64,000 nt of DNA from Oscillospiraceae bacterium (lineage in GTDB: Bacteria; Bacteroidota; Bacteroidia; Bacteroidales; WCHB1-69), in contig CAVCMI010000003.1 in NCBI GenBank assembly GCA_963603365.1, forward strand, positions 64,402 through 128,401. The letters run 5' to 3'. Of this stretch, positions 29,288-38,673 are shown one piece after another (within the stretch, counting starts at the first letter, position 1; every line of letters starts with the position of its first letter). The position numbers and the translations under genes are program-made. The notes under the pieces were generated by a model, which was not told where the DNA came from, did no database searches, and saw only the letters and a program-made list of their open reading frames with translations.

Positions 29288-29294
29288 TGTTCTG

Positions 29295-29322
29295 ACGGAC
29301 ACCGCAAGTGTCCGTTTTTTTT
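29295..29322 (+). terminator. intrinsic terminator of rnpB
   Basis: acggacac-ccgcaa-gtgtccgt followed by a T8 run. The T-run overlaps the stop codon of the convergent yraN-like gene. Confidence 0.8.
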
Positions 29323-29686
29323 ACCACTTCGGCTTGAAAGCATCCTCAATGTGCCGTACGCTGAACCCATTGTCCTGACTGGTCACGGAGATGATGTCAA
29401 AACGGATCTCTTTCCCGATGCCACGCCGCTCCGCATAGACCGCCGCCGCCCGTATCAGATTCCGCTGCTTCTGCAAGTTGACAAACCCCTCCGGCTCCCC
29501 GAACAGGTCGCTTTTTCGTGTCTTTACTTCAACGATGACTAAAAAACTGTCGTTGCCGGCAATGATGTCCACCTCTAAATGCCCGACCCGCCAGTTGCGC
29601 TCCAATATCCGGTATCCTTTGCCCTGAAGATGCTCTGCCGCCGCATCTTCACCTTTCTTCCCCTTGATCTGATTCTCTGTTTTCAT
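29321..29686 (-). CDS. YraN-family (UPF0102) endonuclease-like protein
   Basis: GEDAAAEHLQGKGYRILERNWRVGHLEVDIIA..VIVEVKTR is the family signature. 121 aa. Confidence 0.85.
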   Translation of the reverse strand: MKTENQIKGKKGEDAAAEHLQGKGYRILERNWRVGHLEVDIIAGNDSFLVIVEVKTRKSDLFGEPEGFVNLQKQRNLIRAAAVYAERRGIGKEIRFDIISVTSQDNGFSVRHIEDAFKPKW

Positions 29687-29719
29687 GGTTGAATATTTTA
29701 CGAAATGTTAAAAACACTG

Positions 29720-29727
29720 CAAAAATA
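29720..29727 (-). promoter_or_regulatory. -7 box TATTTTTG for the YraN-family gene
   Basis: The plus strand reads caaaaata, 34 nt upstream of ATG 29686. Confidence 0.45.
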
Positions 29728-29761
29728 CAAAAAATCTAACAAAGCAGACTGTTTTTTTTAC

Positions 29762-29769
29762 TATTTTTG
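29762..29769 (+). promoter_or_regulatory. -7 box TATTTTTG for the DUF2851 gene
   Basis: Overlaps the TTG used as start in the ORF track (29767). This supports ATG 29803 as the real start. Confidence 0.45.
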
Positions 29770-29802
29770 CATCTTGAACATGAACTCGAAATATACCGTT
29801 AT

Positions 29803-31104
29803 ATGACAGAAGCTTTTTTACAGTATTTGTGGCAACACGGCCTTTTCTGCGATTCTGACATCCGCACAACAGATAACGTCCCCCTGTTTGTGGTGTCTCC
29901 AGGTTTTCTGAATGGGGATGCCGGAGCGGATTTCAGACAGGCAGTCGTCATGATTGGCAATATGAAATGGGTGGGAGATGTTGAGATCCATATCAGAAGC
30001 TCAGACTGGTACCGGCACGGTCATCATCATGACGACAAGTACAAGTCGGTAATACTGCATGTGGTGTATCAGCATGATTGCGAAGTGGAACGGCAAGACG
30101 GTGAGTTTTTTCCGGTGTTTGAGATGAAACCATACATTTCTGAAGAGATGCACAGGCATTACAGCTGCCTGATTTCCTCGCAGGCTTTGTTGCCGTGCCG
30201 AGCCTACCTGCCTCAAGTCAAACCGATCTATGTGCAGTCGATGCTTTCGTCCATGCTGCTGGAAAGGCTGCTCCGCAAACAGCAAACGATAGTGCGCATG
30301 CTGAACGAATGCGAACACGATTGGCGCGAGGTCTTCTACAGGATGCTCTCGGCAGGGTTCGGCTTCAAGACGAATACTGCGGCATTTGAACTGCTGGCAG
30401 TAAGTTTGCCTTTCAGCATCCTGGCCAAACATTCCGATTCCGATCTCCAGATACGCGCATTGCTTTTCGGTCAGGCCGGCTTCCTGGAGTCCCCGGGCGC
30501 CGACGATTATTACAATGCGATGAAATATGAGTACGATTATCTCCGTTGCAAGTACGGTTTGACGCCCATTGGCAGTTTCCACTGGAATCTGCTGCGCCTC
30601 CGCCCGTCTAATTTCCCTTGCATCAGGATTTCTCAATTCTCTGCGCTGCTGTACCGTGCTCCCGACTTGATGAACGAGTTGGTTGAAAATGCAGACGCCT
30701 CCTCGTGGCGCAATCTGTTTGAGGTGAAGGCAGACAACTACTGGCAGCGCCATTATCACTTCGGTAAGAAGACGGTTCTGCGGCACAGTGTCATGCTGGG
30801 CGAAAGTGCGGTCTCTTCTTTGTTGATAAATGCTGTGGTGCCGTTTCTTTTCTCCTATTGCAAGTTTTCGGGCGAAGAGGGGATGATGGAGAACATTATG
30901 CTTCAATTGGAACAGATTCCTTTTGAGGACAACCGCGTGACAAGGACTTTCGTCGACACGCCTTTCCCGCGAAAGAGCGCTTTTGATTCGCAGGCTCTCA
31001 CAGAACTTAAGACGACACGTTGCGACAAGCGTGACTGCCTGAAGTGTACGGTTGGGGAACAGATTGTGAGAAAACGCCCTGACTTGCCTCAGGAGCAGCC
31101 ATAG
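29803..31104 (+). CDS. DUF2851-family protein
   Basis: N-terminus MTEAFLQYLWQHGLF.. and ..VEIHIRSSDWYRHGHHHD.. match my memory of DUF2851. Confidence 0.7.
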   Translation: MTEAFLQYLWQHGLFCDSDIRTTDNVPLFVVSPGFLNGDAGADFRQAVVMIGNMKWVGDVEIHIRSSDWYRHGHHHDDKYKSVILHVVYQHDCEVERQDGEFFPVFEMKPYISEEMHRHYSCLISSQALLPCRAYLPQVKPIYVQSMLSSMLLERLLRKQQTIVRMLNECEHDWREVFYRMLSAGFGFKTNTAAFELLAVSLPFSILAKHSDSDLQIRALLFGQAGFLESPGADDYYNAMKYEYDYLRCKYGLTPIGSFHWNLLRLRPSNFPCIRISQFSALLYRAPDLMNELVENADASSWRNLFEVKADNYWQRHYHFGKKTVLRHSVMLGESAVSSLLINAVVPFLFSYCKFSGEEGMMENIMLQLEQIPFEDNRVTRTFVDTPFPRKSAFDSQALTELKTTRCDKRDCLKCTVGEQIVRKRPDLPQEQP

Positions 31105-32453
31105 ACCTCGGCCTTGATTTGCGGTATGAGCCGGTCGATGTCGCCCGCACCGATAGTCAGCAACACGTCCGGGGTATGCTGTTTCATGTAAGGGATGAGT
31201 TCAGTTTTGTCCAGCACTCGCTTGCAAGGGTTCTTGATGAGGGAGGAAAGGTATTCCGAATCGATTCCGGGAATGGGCAGCTCGCGGGCGGGATAAACGG
31301 GCAGCAGTATGGTTTCGTCGAGTTTGGAAAGGACTTCCGCGAACTGCTCCGCAAAGTCGCGCGTACGGCTGTAGAGGTGCGGCTGAAAGACGCCGCAGAC
31401 GCGTTTGCCCGGATAGATGCTTCGCACCGCAGTGATGAACGACTGTATCTCTTTGGGATGATGGGCATAGTCGTCGATGAAGACTTTCCCGCTTTGGTTG
31501 ACGATATAGTCAAAACGGCGTTTCACACCGGCAAAGGTCTTGATTTTGCCTGAGATATGTTCATCGGAAATATCGATGGGCAGTGCGCCGTCAAGGTTCT
31601 TCTGCTCGATCAGCGTTGCGATGGCTGCGGTGGCGTTCAGAATGTTGTAACGGCCGTTGGCATGCAAGATGAGGTCGCGGATTTCTCTGCCGCTTGGCAT
31701 CTGCAGACTGAAAGTGGCGCAGTTAGGAGATAGTCTGAGGTCAACGGCGCGGTAGTCAGCATCAGTTCCCGTGCCGTAGGTACGTTTGCAAGGGTGCTGA
31801 AACAGTCCGGCTATCGTTTCTTCTACGATCAGTGTTTCAGATTGAGAGGCGAACTGGCGGAAAGCGTCAAGCATCTCTGCGCGGTTCCCGTAAATGTCGA
31901 GGTGGTCGGCGTCAGCCGCCGTGATGACGGCCACGGAGGGGTGCATCGTGAGAAAAGAACGGTCGAACTCGTCGGCTTCGGCCACGGCTATGACAGGGTG
32001 CTCGTCAAGCACGAAGTTGTCGTTGAAGTTTTTCGCAATGCCCCCGATGAACGCCAGTGTCCGGGTCCCGGGAGACAGCAAATGGGAAACCATCGCCGTG
32101 CCGGTGGTCTTTCCGTGCGTGCCGGCAATGGCAATGGCTGGCATACGCTCGGTGAGATGTCCGAGAACCTGCGCTCTTTTGTACAGAGGAACGCCACACA
32201 TTTTCAGATGACAGAACTCGGGATTGCTTTCAGGTACAGCCGGCGTAAAGACAGCAAATGCAAGCGTTTCTGGAATCTTGGCGATGTCGGGTTCAAAGTG
32301 TATCTGGGCGCCCTTGCTGACAAGCATGTCCGTGACAGGCGACGGGGTGCGGTCATAACCGTAAACGTTATAGTGTTCAGACAGGAAATACTGGGCAAGG
32401 GCACTCATTCCAATGCCGCCAATGCCGAGAAAATATATCGTGCTATTTTTCAT
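31089..32453 (-). CDS. murC: UDP-N-acetylmuramate--L-alanine ligase (MurC family)
   Basis: IYFLGIGGIGMSALAQYF Rossmann segment and P-loop AIAGTHGKTTGTAM. Mur-ligase middle and C-terminal domains. 454 aa. Confidence 0.85.
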   Translation of the reverse strand: MKNSTIYFLGIGGIGMSALAQYFLSEHYNVYGYDRTPSPVTDMLVSKGAQIHFEPDIAKIPETLAFAVFTPAVPESNPEFCHLKMCGVPLYKRAQVLGHLTERMPAIAIAGTHGKTTGTAMVSHLLSPGTRTLAFIGGIAKNFNDNFVLDEHPVIAVAEADEFDRSFLTMHPSVAVITAADADHLDIYGNRAEMLDAFRQFASQSETLIVEETIAGLFQHPCKRTYGTGTDADYRAVDLRLSPNCATFSLQMPSGREIRDLILHANGRYNILNATAAIATLIEQKNLDGALPIDISDEHISGKIKTFAGVKRRFDYIVNQSGKVFIDDYAHHPKEIQSFITAVRSIYPGKRVCGVFQPHLYSRTRDFAEQFAEVLSKLDETILLPVYPARELPIPGIDSEYLSSLIKNPCKRVLDKTELIPYMKQHTPDVLLTIGAGDIDRLIPQIKAEVYGCS

Positions 32454-34491
32454 AAATAAGGAATACGGTTCTTCTGTTCTTTGCCCGTCCGGCGGCGGTG
32501 CTGTTGTCAGCCACTGGCTTTGACTTGCCGTAGCCTTTGTAGCGCATACGGTCGGCAGGGATGCCTTTCTCTGTCACATAGTCGTAAACGGCCTTGGCTC
32601 GCAGTTCCGACAGCCTCAGGTTGGCGTCGTCGTTGCCGACATTGTCCGTATGCCCTTGGATCTCCACTTTTACGGTAGGATTGCTGCGGAGAAAGTCTAT
32701 GAAGAGCGACAGGATTATCTTGGAATTGCGGGTCAAGGTAAACGAGTTCGTTTCGTAATAGATGTCTTTGAGGTTGCAGACGGTCCCCGTTTCGATGGCT
32801 TTGATCTCCGTGTTTTTGGTGACAACGGAGGTTTTCTGCTGTTCCGGAGTGATGATTTGGGAGTCGTAGGTGTGCCCCTCTTTTTTGACGGTCACAATGA
32901 TGGGCGCAGCAGAATCCTGCTTCACCTCGGCTGCCACGGCATAGTTTCCGGTTTGCACATTCACGATGCCTTGCGATATGACGTTCGAGGCGGTGTCATG
33001 CACTTCAACGGTGGCGCCTTGCAGGTCGCCGTCGTCAGAGGACACTTTCCCTTTGACAATCATCATCGTATGCGGCCGGGCACCTTCGTAGAGCTCGAAT
33101 TGGTAGATGTTCCAGTCTGCATTGTCAATGTTGTTGGACGAGAAATAGCCGGTTTTGCCGTCAAGGCTGACAAAGAAATTGACCTCGTCGTTTTCAGAAT
33201 TGATGGGGTATCCGAGATTGTAGGGCTTAGACCACCGGTTGTTCTCGTCTAATTTGGAGTAAAAGATGTCTTGTCCGCCCAGGCCGTCGTGGCCGTTGGA
33301 GGAGAAATAGAGTGTCTTGCTGTCGGTGTGCAGGAATGGTGAACGTTCGTCTCTTGCGGTGTTGATGCTCGGGCCGAGGTTGACGGGCTTGCGCCACGAT
33401 CCGTCGCTGTTGCGCTGCGAGTACCAGATGTCGGCGCCGCCTAATCCGCCGGGCCTGTCGGAGGCAAAGAAAAGCAGTTTGCCGTCTGAACTCAGCGAGG
33501 CCTGCGACTCCCAGGAGTTTGGACTGTTGATGTTCGGGCCGAGCGACTTGGGTTCAGACCATCCTTCGTCCGTCCGTTCAGAATAGTAGAGGTCATAATT
33601 GTAATACCCGTTCGACGTGGAAACCAGTTTGGTGAATATCATCAAGTCGTTGGTGATGTTCACGGTGGGGCTGCCTTCGCTCTGCGATCGGTTGAACGGT
33701 TCGGGCAGCGGCTTGCCCTTGTTGTAGGCGTTGCCCTGCCGCTCGGCTGCACTGAAGAACTCTTTGGTGATGGTCTCTCCGCGGCTGAACGGCCCGGTGT
33801 CGGCCACATCTTGACGCCGGGTGAAATAGAACATCTCGCCGTCGGGTGACAATGTACCCAAATATTCGTCGTCAGGGGTTGAGATGCCGGCCACAGGCTT
33901 TGGGTCAAAGGGGACAGGATGATTCAGGATGGTGTGGAAGAATACGGATTTCCTGATGATGACGTTGGCCTCTTCAACCCAGTCGGGTTCGTGGGCCGAC
34001 TGGTTCCCTTTTTCGTACAAGTCGGGATTGTCCACGATAAAGTGGGCGAACCGCAGCGATTCCGGAAACAGTTCGTTGAAGTAGGCAAGCCGTGCGGCGT
34101 AGAGGCAGCACTGGGGCTTGTAATAGGGGCATACGTCAAACATTCGCCCAAAAGCCGACAGCGCCTTTTGCAGGTCAGACTTGTCCTTTGCCTTCGCGTG
34201 ATAGTTGTTTGCTTTGATTGGTAAATAGTAACTAATTGCGTAATAGTAATTTACGTCAAGGTAGTCGGGGTGCTCTTCCAGAATGCTCTCGTAGATGGCC
34301 AAGGCTTCCTCCTTCTTGCCGTCTTTCTGCAGGCCGCGTGCCTTCTTGAAGAGTTTCTCGCTCTCTTTGTCCATTACCTGTCGGCAGGCATCGGTCTCGG
34401 CCGCTTCCTGACAGAAACAGCTTGTGCTCCACAAGAAAGCTGTCAGCAGGGCAAGAAGAATGTTTCTCATGGCGGTCAGCGCTTTGATCAA
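32443..34491 (-). CDS. TPR / PD40 (TolB-like beta-propeller) / OmpA-domain envelope protein
   Basis: Signal peptide (the alternative start M8 at 34470 gives MRNILLALLTAFLWSTSCFC). N-terminal TPR-like helices. Repeats of type LFFASDRPGGLGGADIWY. C-terminal OmpA domain (VEIQGHTDNVGNDDANLRLSELRA..NRRTVF). Confidence 0.8.
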   Translation of the reverse strand: MIKALTAMRNILLALLTAFLWSTSCFCQEAAETDACRQVMDKESEKLFKKARGLQKDGKKEEALAIYESILEEHPDYLDVNYYYAISYYLPIKANNYHAKAKDKSDLQKALSAFGRMFDVCPYYKPQCCLYAARLAYFNELFPESLRFAHFIVDNPDLYEKGNQSAHEPDWVEEANVIIRKSVFFHTILNHPVPFDPKPVAGISTPDDEYLGTLSPDGEMFYFTRRQDVADTGPFSRGETITKEFFSAAERQGNAYNKGKPLPEPFNRSQSEGSPTVNITNDLMIFTKLVSTSNGYYNYDLYYSERTDEGWSEPKSLGPNINSPNSWESQASLSSDGKLLFFASDRPGGLGGADIWYSQRNSDGSWRKPVNLGPSINTARDERSPFLHTDSKTLYFSSNGHDGLGGQDIFYSKLDENNRWSKPYNLGYPINSENDEVNFFVSLDGKTGYFSSNNIDNADWNIYQFELYEGARPHTMMIVKGKVSSDDGDLQGATVEVHDTASNVISQGIVNVQTGNYAVAAEVKQDSAAPIIVTVKKEGHTYDSQIITPEQQKTSVVTKNTEIKAIETGTVCNLKDIYYETNSFTLTRNSKIILSLFIDFLRSNPTVKVEIQGHTDNVGNDDANLRLSELRAKAVYDYVTEKGIPADRMRYKGYGKSKPVADNSTAAGRAKNRRTVFLIYEK

Positions 34492-35270
34492 TTGTCTTTC
34501 AGCACAGTTTCGGCGGCTTCTATGATTTTGAAAAACTCGTCTGCCTTGAGGGATGCGCCGCCGATAAGTCCTCCGTCAACATCTTGTTGCGAGAAGAGTT
34601 CGAGTGCGTTGCCGGCATTGCAGCTTCCGCCGTACAACAAATAGGTGTCGTAGGCGGCTTGAGTGCCGAACTGTTTTTCTGTCAGCGAACGAATGAAGGA
34701 GAGCATTTCCTGTGCCTGTGCCGGCGTGGCGGTCTCTCCGGTGCCGATGGCCCAGACGGGCTCGTAGGCAATCATCGTGCGTTCCATCTGCTCGGGCTTG
34801 AGGAGGCAGACACTCTCTTCCAACTGCTGTTTCACGGTCTCGAAGTGCTTGCCGGCTTTGCGTTCTTCTAATGATTCCCCTACGCAAACTACAGGCACGA
34901 TGTCATTCTCCAGAAGACGGGTCATCTTTTTCAAGACGGTCTCGTTTGTCTCGCCAAAAAACTTTCTTCGCTCAGAATGACCGACAAGACAGAAAGACAC
35001 GTCCATGCTGGCCAGCATCTTGGCGGAGACTTCGCCTGTGTATGCACCGTCTTCGAACTCGCTCACGTTCTGCATGCCGGCATAAAAACCGCTTCCATCC
35101 TCGTTGGCATGGTCTGTGACCAGTTCCGCATAGACGAGCGGCGGACAAAGCACCACCTCTGTGGCAAAATTATAATCCTCAAGTTTCTCTTCGATGGTGC
35201 AGATAAGGTCTTCCGCTTCGTCGAAGCTCTTGTTCATTTTCCAGTTCCCGATGACAATTTTTGGTTTCAT
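34488..35270 (-). CDS. tpiA: triose-phosphate isomerase
   Basis: Start at MKPKIVIGNWKMNKS. Active-site blocks LVGHSERR and AYEPVWAIGTG. Confidence 0.93.
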   Translation of the reverse strand: MKPKIVIGNWKMNKSFDEAEDLICTIEEKLEDYNFATEVVLCPPLVYAELVTDHANEDGSGFYAGMQNVSEFEDGAYTGEVSAKMLASMDVSFCLVGHSERRKFFGETNETVLKKMTRLLENDIVPVVCVGESLEERKAGKHFETVKQQLEESVCLLKPEQMERTMIAYEPVWAIGTGETATPAQAQEMLSFIRSLTEKQFGTQAAYDTYLLYGGSCNAGNALELFSQQDVDGGLIGGASLKADEFFKIIEAAETVLKDN

Positions 35271-35335
35271 ATTTTTCTGTTTTATTGTTTGCAGTGATGT
35301 TTGAAAAGGCGTTGTTGAAGGTGTTTCCGAGAGCG

Positions 35336-35343
35336 CAAAAATA
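35336..35343 (-). promoter_or_regulatory. -7 box TATTTTTG for tpiA
   Basis: The plus strand reads caaaaata. It lies inside the longer track ORF (start 35360), which supports the 35270 start. Confidence 0.45.
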
Positions 35344-35428
35344 CAAAAAGCGTATGACAAGAATATGCCGGAAATGCTGTTTCGAAAACAGTGGGATAGG
35401 ATTATTTCTTTTTTTGAAAGAAAAGGGT

Positions 35429-36382
35429 TTAGTCTATCGTGTCTGAAATCAGGTATTTGTTGCGGTCAGAACCGTTGCGGGCGATGAGTTCGGCCAAAAA
35501 ACCGGCAAGAAACAGCATGGATCCCAATACCATGGCCAGAAGGGCAATGAAGAACAAGGGCTGGTCGGTGACGGCTCTGAACGGCTGTCCGTTTGACTGG
35601 TGTATCAGTTTTTGCGCGATCAGCCATATCGCGCATACAAGACCGACGAGAAAAGAGACACTGCCCCACAGCCCGAATGCGTGCATCGGTTTCTTCTCGA
35701 AACGGGTCATAAACGAAATCGTCAGCAAGTCAAGGTAGCCGTTCACGAAACGGTTCCAACCGAACTTGGTGACGCCGTATTTGCGTTTGCGGTGCTGGAC
35801 CACTTTCTCTCCGATTTTGCAGAATCCCGCCCATTTGGCGATTACCGGAATGTAGCGGTGCATTTCGCTGTATACCTCAATGGACTTGACTACGTCGTGG
35901 CGGTAGGCTTTCAGTCCGCAGTTGAAGTCGTGCAGCATGATGCCCGACATTTTGCGGGTCGTCCAGTTGAAGAACTTGGATGGGATGTTTTTGGCAAGTT
36001 TTGAGTCGTAGCGAACCTTTTTCCAGCCTGACACAAGGTCGTACCCGTCTTCCGTGATCATTCGGTATAGTTCGGGAATCTCGTCGGGGCTGTCTTGCAG
36101 GTCGGCATCCATAGTGATGACGACATCTCCCTTGCAGGCCTCAAAGCCGGTGTTCAGTGCGGCCGACTTGCCGTAATTCCTGCGGAACCGGATGCCTTTG
36201 ACGTTGCTGTTTTGGCTGTGCAGGTCGCAGATGACTTCCCACGAATGGTCTGACGAGCCGTCGTCAATCATTAGGATTTCATACGAGAAACTGTTCTCGT
36301 CCATCACACGCGCGATCCAGGACGTAAGTTCCGGCAGCGACTCGGCTTCGTTCAACAAGGGGACTATAACAGATATGTTCAT
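35429..36382 (-). CDS. family-2 glycosyltransferase (polyprenyl-phosphate glycosyltransferase, GtrB/ArnC/DPM1-like)
   Basis: VIVPLLNE..MIDDGSSD..ITMDADLQDSP, plus two C-terminal TM helices. 317 aa. Confidence 0.85.
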   Translation of the reverse strand: MNISVIVPLLNEAESLPELTSWIARVMDENSFSYEILMIDDGSSDHSWEVICDLHSQNSNVKGIRFRRNYGKSAALNTGFEACKGDVVITMDADLQDSPDEIPELYRMITEDGYDLVSGWKKVRYDSKLAKNIPSKFFNWTTRKMSGIMLHDFNCGLKAYRHDVVKSIEVYSEMHRYIPVIAKWAGFCKIGEKVVQHRKRKYGVTKFGWNRFVNGYLDLLTISFMTRFEKKPMHAFGLWGSVSFLVGLVCAIWLIAQKLIHQSNGQPFRAVTDQPLFFIALLAMVLGSMLFLAGFLAELIARNGSDRNKYLISDTID

Positions 36383-36396
36383 GTCTTGCTGTGCTT

Positions 36397-37332
36397 TTAG
36401 TTTTCTTTTGTGGATGATTCTTCGTTGTTGTTCCCGCCATCGGCAGCGGCCGGCTCGTACAGTTTGTCAGTGGCTTTTGACTTGTAGTGGAACATGGCGA
36501 CGAAGATGCCGAAAAACATGCCGTATAGCAGATCCATGAGCGCACTGGCGGCGGCATAGACCTCAACGCGTGTGTATTCCGGCACACGCGACTTGCGCTG
36601 TTCATAGCGCAGTTCTGCAGGGTTGACGGAGGGCAGCTGGCGGTTAGTCTGCTGCACGATTTCCATGATGCTTTCCGTGGAAGGCCGGTCCTGGTTAAGG
36701 GAGACGTACGACTGCAGCGTCTCAACAAGAACATTGCGAGCATGTTGCGAGAAGTTGGCAAGCCGGTAACTGTCTGTCGTGTCAAGCGTGCGCATTGCGG
36801 TCATCTTTTCGCCATAGTAGCGGTTTATCAACGCTATGCCTTTGTGAACTTCTGCCCGCAGCGAGTCGCTGGCATCTGACGCATCGCAGACCTGCTGCTC
36901 CTGCATTTCCATCATCACGGCTACAGTGTCAAGATAGGCTTGCAATTCATTGCCCGAGATGGTGTCCCGCTCAAGCGTTCTCCTGAAATTCTCCAATGCG
37001 GTCTCGTGCTTCCGCACCAGACCGTCTTTCTCGATGAAAGTGTAGTGAACTAAACTGTAGCAGAAGAAAACCGCAGAACCGACAAGGGAAATGAACAGAC
37101 ATCCCGCAAACGCTTTCGAAAAAGAAAGCCGCTTAGGGTATGTTTCCTTGAATTCCTTGATGCCACCGTACAGGAGCAGGATGTAGGCGATAATCAGGGC
37201 AATGTCGAGCACTTTGGCATTCCCGTACTCGATGTTGCGCGCAGCCATCTTGACCAGTTCAAACAAGGCCAGCGCGCCTCCCAGAAACGCTCCCCACTTG
37301 AGGCAGACAAACCAATGCTTTTTCTCGTTCAT
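36397..37332 (-). CDS. hypothetical membrane protein (DUF4199-like ends with a ~150-aa soluble insert)
   Basis: Three N-terminal TM helices and one C-terminal TM helix flank a helical soluble region. It directly precedes the GT2 gene (14-nt gap). Confidence 0.5.
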   Translation of the reverse strand: MNEKKHWFVCLKWGAFLGGALALFELVKMAARNIEYGNAKVLDIALIIAYILLLYGGIKEFKETYPKRLSFSKAFAGCLFISLVGSAVFFCYSLVHYTFIEKDGLVRKHETALENFRRTLERDTISGNELQAYLDTVAVMMEMQEQQVCDASDASDSLRAEVHKGIALINRYYGEKMTAMRTLDTTDSYRLANFSQHARNVLVETLQSYVSLNQDRPSTESIMEIVQQTNRQLPSVNPAELRYEQRKSRVPEYTRVEVYAAASALMDLLYGMFFGIFVAMFHYKSKATDKLYEPAAADGGNNNEESSTKEN

Positions 37333-37346
37333 GCTATGACTTTCCG

Positions 37347-37757
37347 TTATTCTTCTTTTTTGCAGCAGAACTCTGTCAGCACTCCGCCCGTGGCTTTAGG
37401 ATGTGCAAAACCGATGGAGAGGCCCTCGGCGCCGGCTCTCGGAGCGGAGTCAATCAGGCGGATCCCTTTTGCGGAAAGCTCGTCCAGGGCTTCTGCCGTG
37501 TCAGCAACGGCAAAGGCAAGATGGTGAATGCCTTCGCCCTTGTTTTCGATGAACTTGGCTATGGTGCTGTCCGGCCCTGTCGGCTCCAGCAATTCAATCT
37601 TGGTCTGCCCGACCTTGAAAAATGCGGTTCTGACTTTCTGGTCTTTCACCTCTTCGATGCTGTAGCATTTCATGCCCAGGATCTGTTCGTAATAAGGAAT
37701 GGCTGTCTCCAGACTTTTGACGGCGATGCCGAGATGTTCGATGTGTGTGATGTCCAT
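37347..37757 (-). CDS. methylmalonyl-CoA epimerase (VOC/glyoxalase fold)
   Basis: IEHLGIAVKSLETAIPYYEQILGM...KIELLEP...IAKFIENKGEGIHHLAF. 136 aa. Confidence 0.85.
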   Translation of the reverse strand: MDITHIEHLGIAVKSLETAIPYYEQILGMKCYSIEEVKDQKVRTAFFKVGQTKIELLEPTGPDSTIAKFIENKGEGIHHLAFAVADTAEALDELSAKGIRLIDSAPRAGAEGLSIGFAHPKATGGVLTEFCCKKEE

Positions 37758-37809
37758 GATATTGTTTTTGCTGTATGGGTGATTGTTTCAATGCTTATGG
37801 GGTTGAGAA

Positions 37810-38643
37810 TCAGTCTCGGCTGCTGTCTGCCTGAAGCAGGGAGGTGCAGTGTTTGAGGCACTTGATGGTCAGCACGACGACAACGCTGACAGCCAGCACA
37901 ATCAGTGACGGCCGCAGCCAGCAAGCCTCGGACAGGGTGTCGCAGGTCCTTGACATAGCGCAGTACATAAGATAGTCGATGGCAGTGTATGAAAAAATGG
38001 TGGAGAACCAGGTGGCATATTCGCGTCTGACAAAGGTCTTGAACGAGAATTTCAGGTTCCCGCTTTTGAAAAGGGAGAACCGGGGAATGAATGCCGGCAC
38101 TTTTGCAGCCCACGTCTCGAACTGCTCCCCGAACTGCTGCCGGAGAAAGGCCTCTTCGGCAAACATGATGCGCTCGTAATAAACCCAGTAGAACAGCGAG
38201 ACGATGAGGAATATGGAGATGTTCATCGTGAATACTGACATGCCGGCCCAGATGAGGTAGTTTGCCAAATAGAGCGGATGCCGCACCACCGAATAGATGC
38301 CCGTCGTGTTCAGCCTGTCAGCCACCTGCTTGGAGGTGTTGCGACCTGAAGTGCCCTTGGGGGTAGTGCTTACGGTGTATGCTCTGAGCGCCAGGCCCGA
38401 GAGTGATATCGCCAGTGCGAGGATTGTCATCACAATACGCAGCGTTTGACACCTCCCGGACGACAATTGCCAATAGAGCGTTTCGTTGGTGAAGAAAAGG
38501 AGAGGAACCGTTATCAGGAAGATGATGACTGGAATCTGTCCGCGGTATTTAAAGAGCAGACTGCCGGATTTTTCGTAAGACTGTATGAGCGCCACGTTGT
38601 TGTGAGTTGTATTTATACAAGCGGCAAAAATACAAAAAATCAT
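37810..38643 (-). CDS. isoprenylcysteine carboxyl methyltransferase (ICMT/PEMT)-family membrane methyltransferase
   Basis: Multi-TM protein with motif GIYSVVRHPLYLANYLIWAG. The start is uncertain. The -7 box at 38625-38632 lies downstream of ATG 38643, so in-frame GTG 38595 may be the real start. Confidence 0.7.
   Translation of the reverse strand: MIFCIFAACINTTHNNVALIQSYEKSGSLLFKYRGQIPVIIFLITVPLLFFTNETLYWQLSSGRCQTLRIVMTILALAISLSGLALRAYTVSTTPKGTSGRNTSKQVADRLNTTGIYSVVRHPLYLANYLIWAGMSVFTMNISIFLIVSLFYWVYYERIMFAEEAFLRQQFGEQFETWAAKVPAFIPRFSLFKSGNLKFSFKTFVRREYATWFSTIFSYTAIDYLMYCAMSRTCDTLSEACWLRPSLIVLAVSVVVVLTIKCLKHCTSLLQADSSRD
38625..38632 (-). promoter_or_regulatory. -7 box TATTTTTG for the ICMT-family gene
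   Basis: The plus strand reads caaaaata. Its position conflicts with the ATG 38643 start. Confidence 0.4.
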
Positions 38644-38673
38644 CCAATAGGCAAATGCCGGATTCGGAATGCC

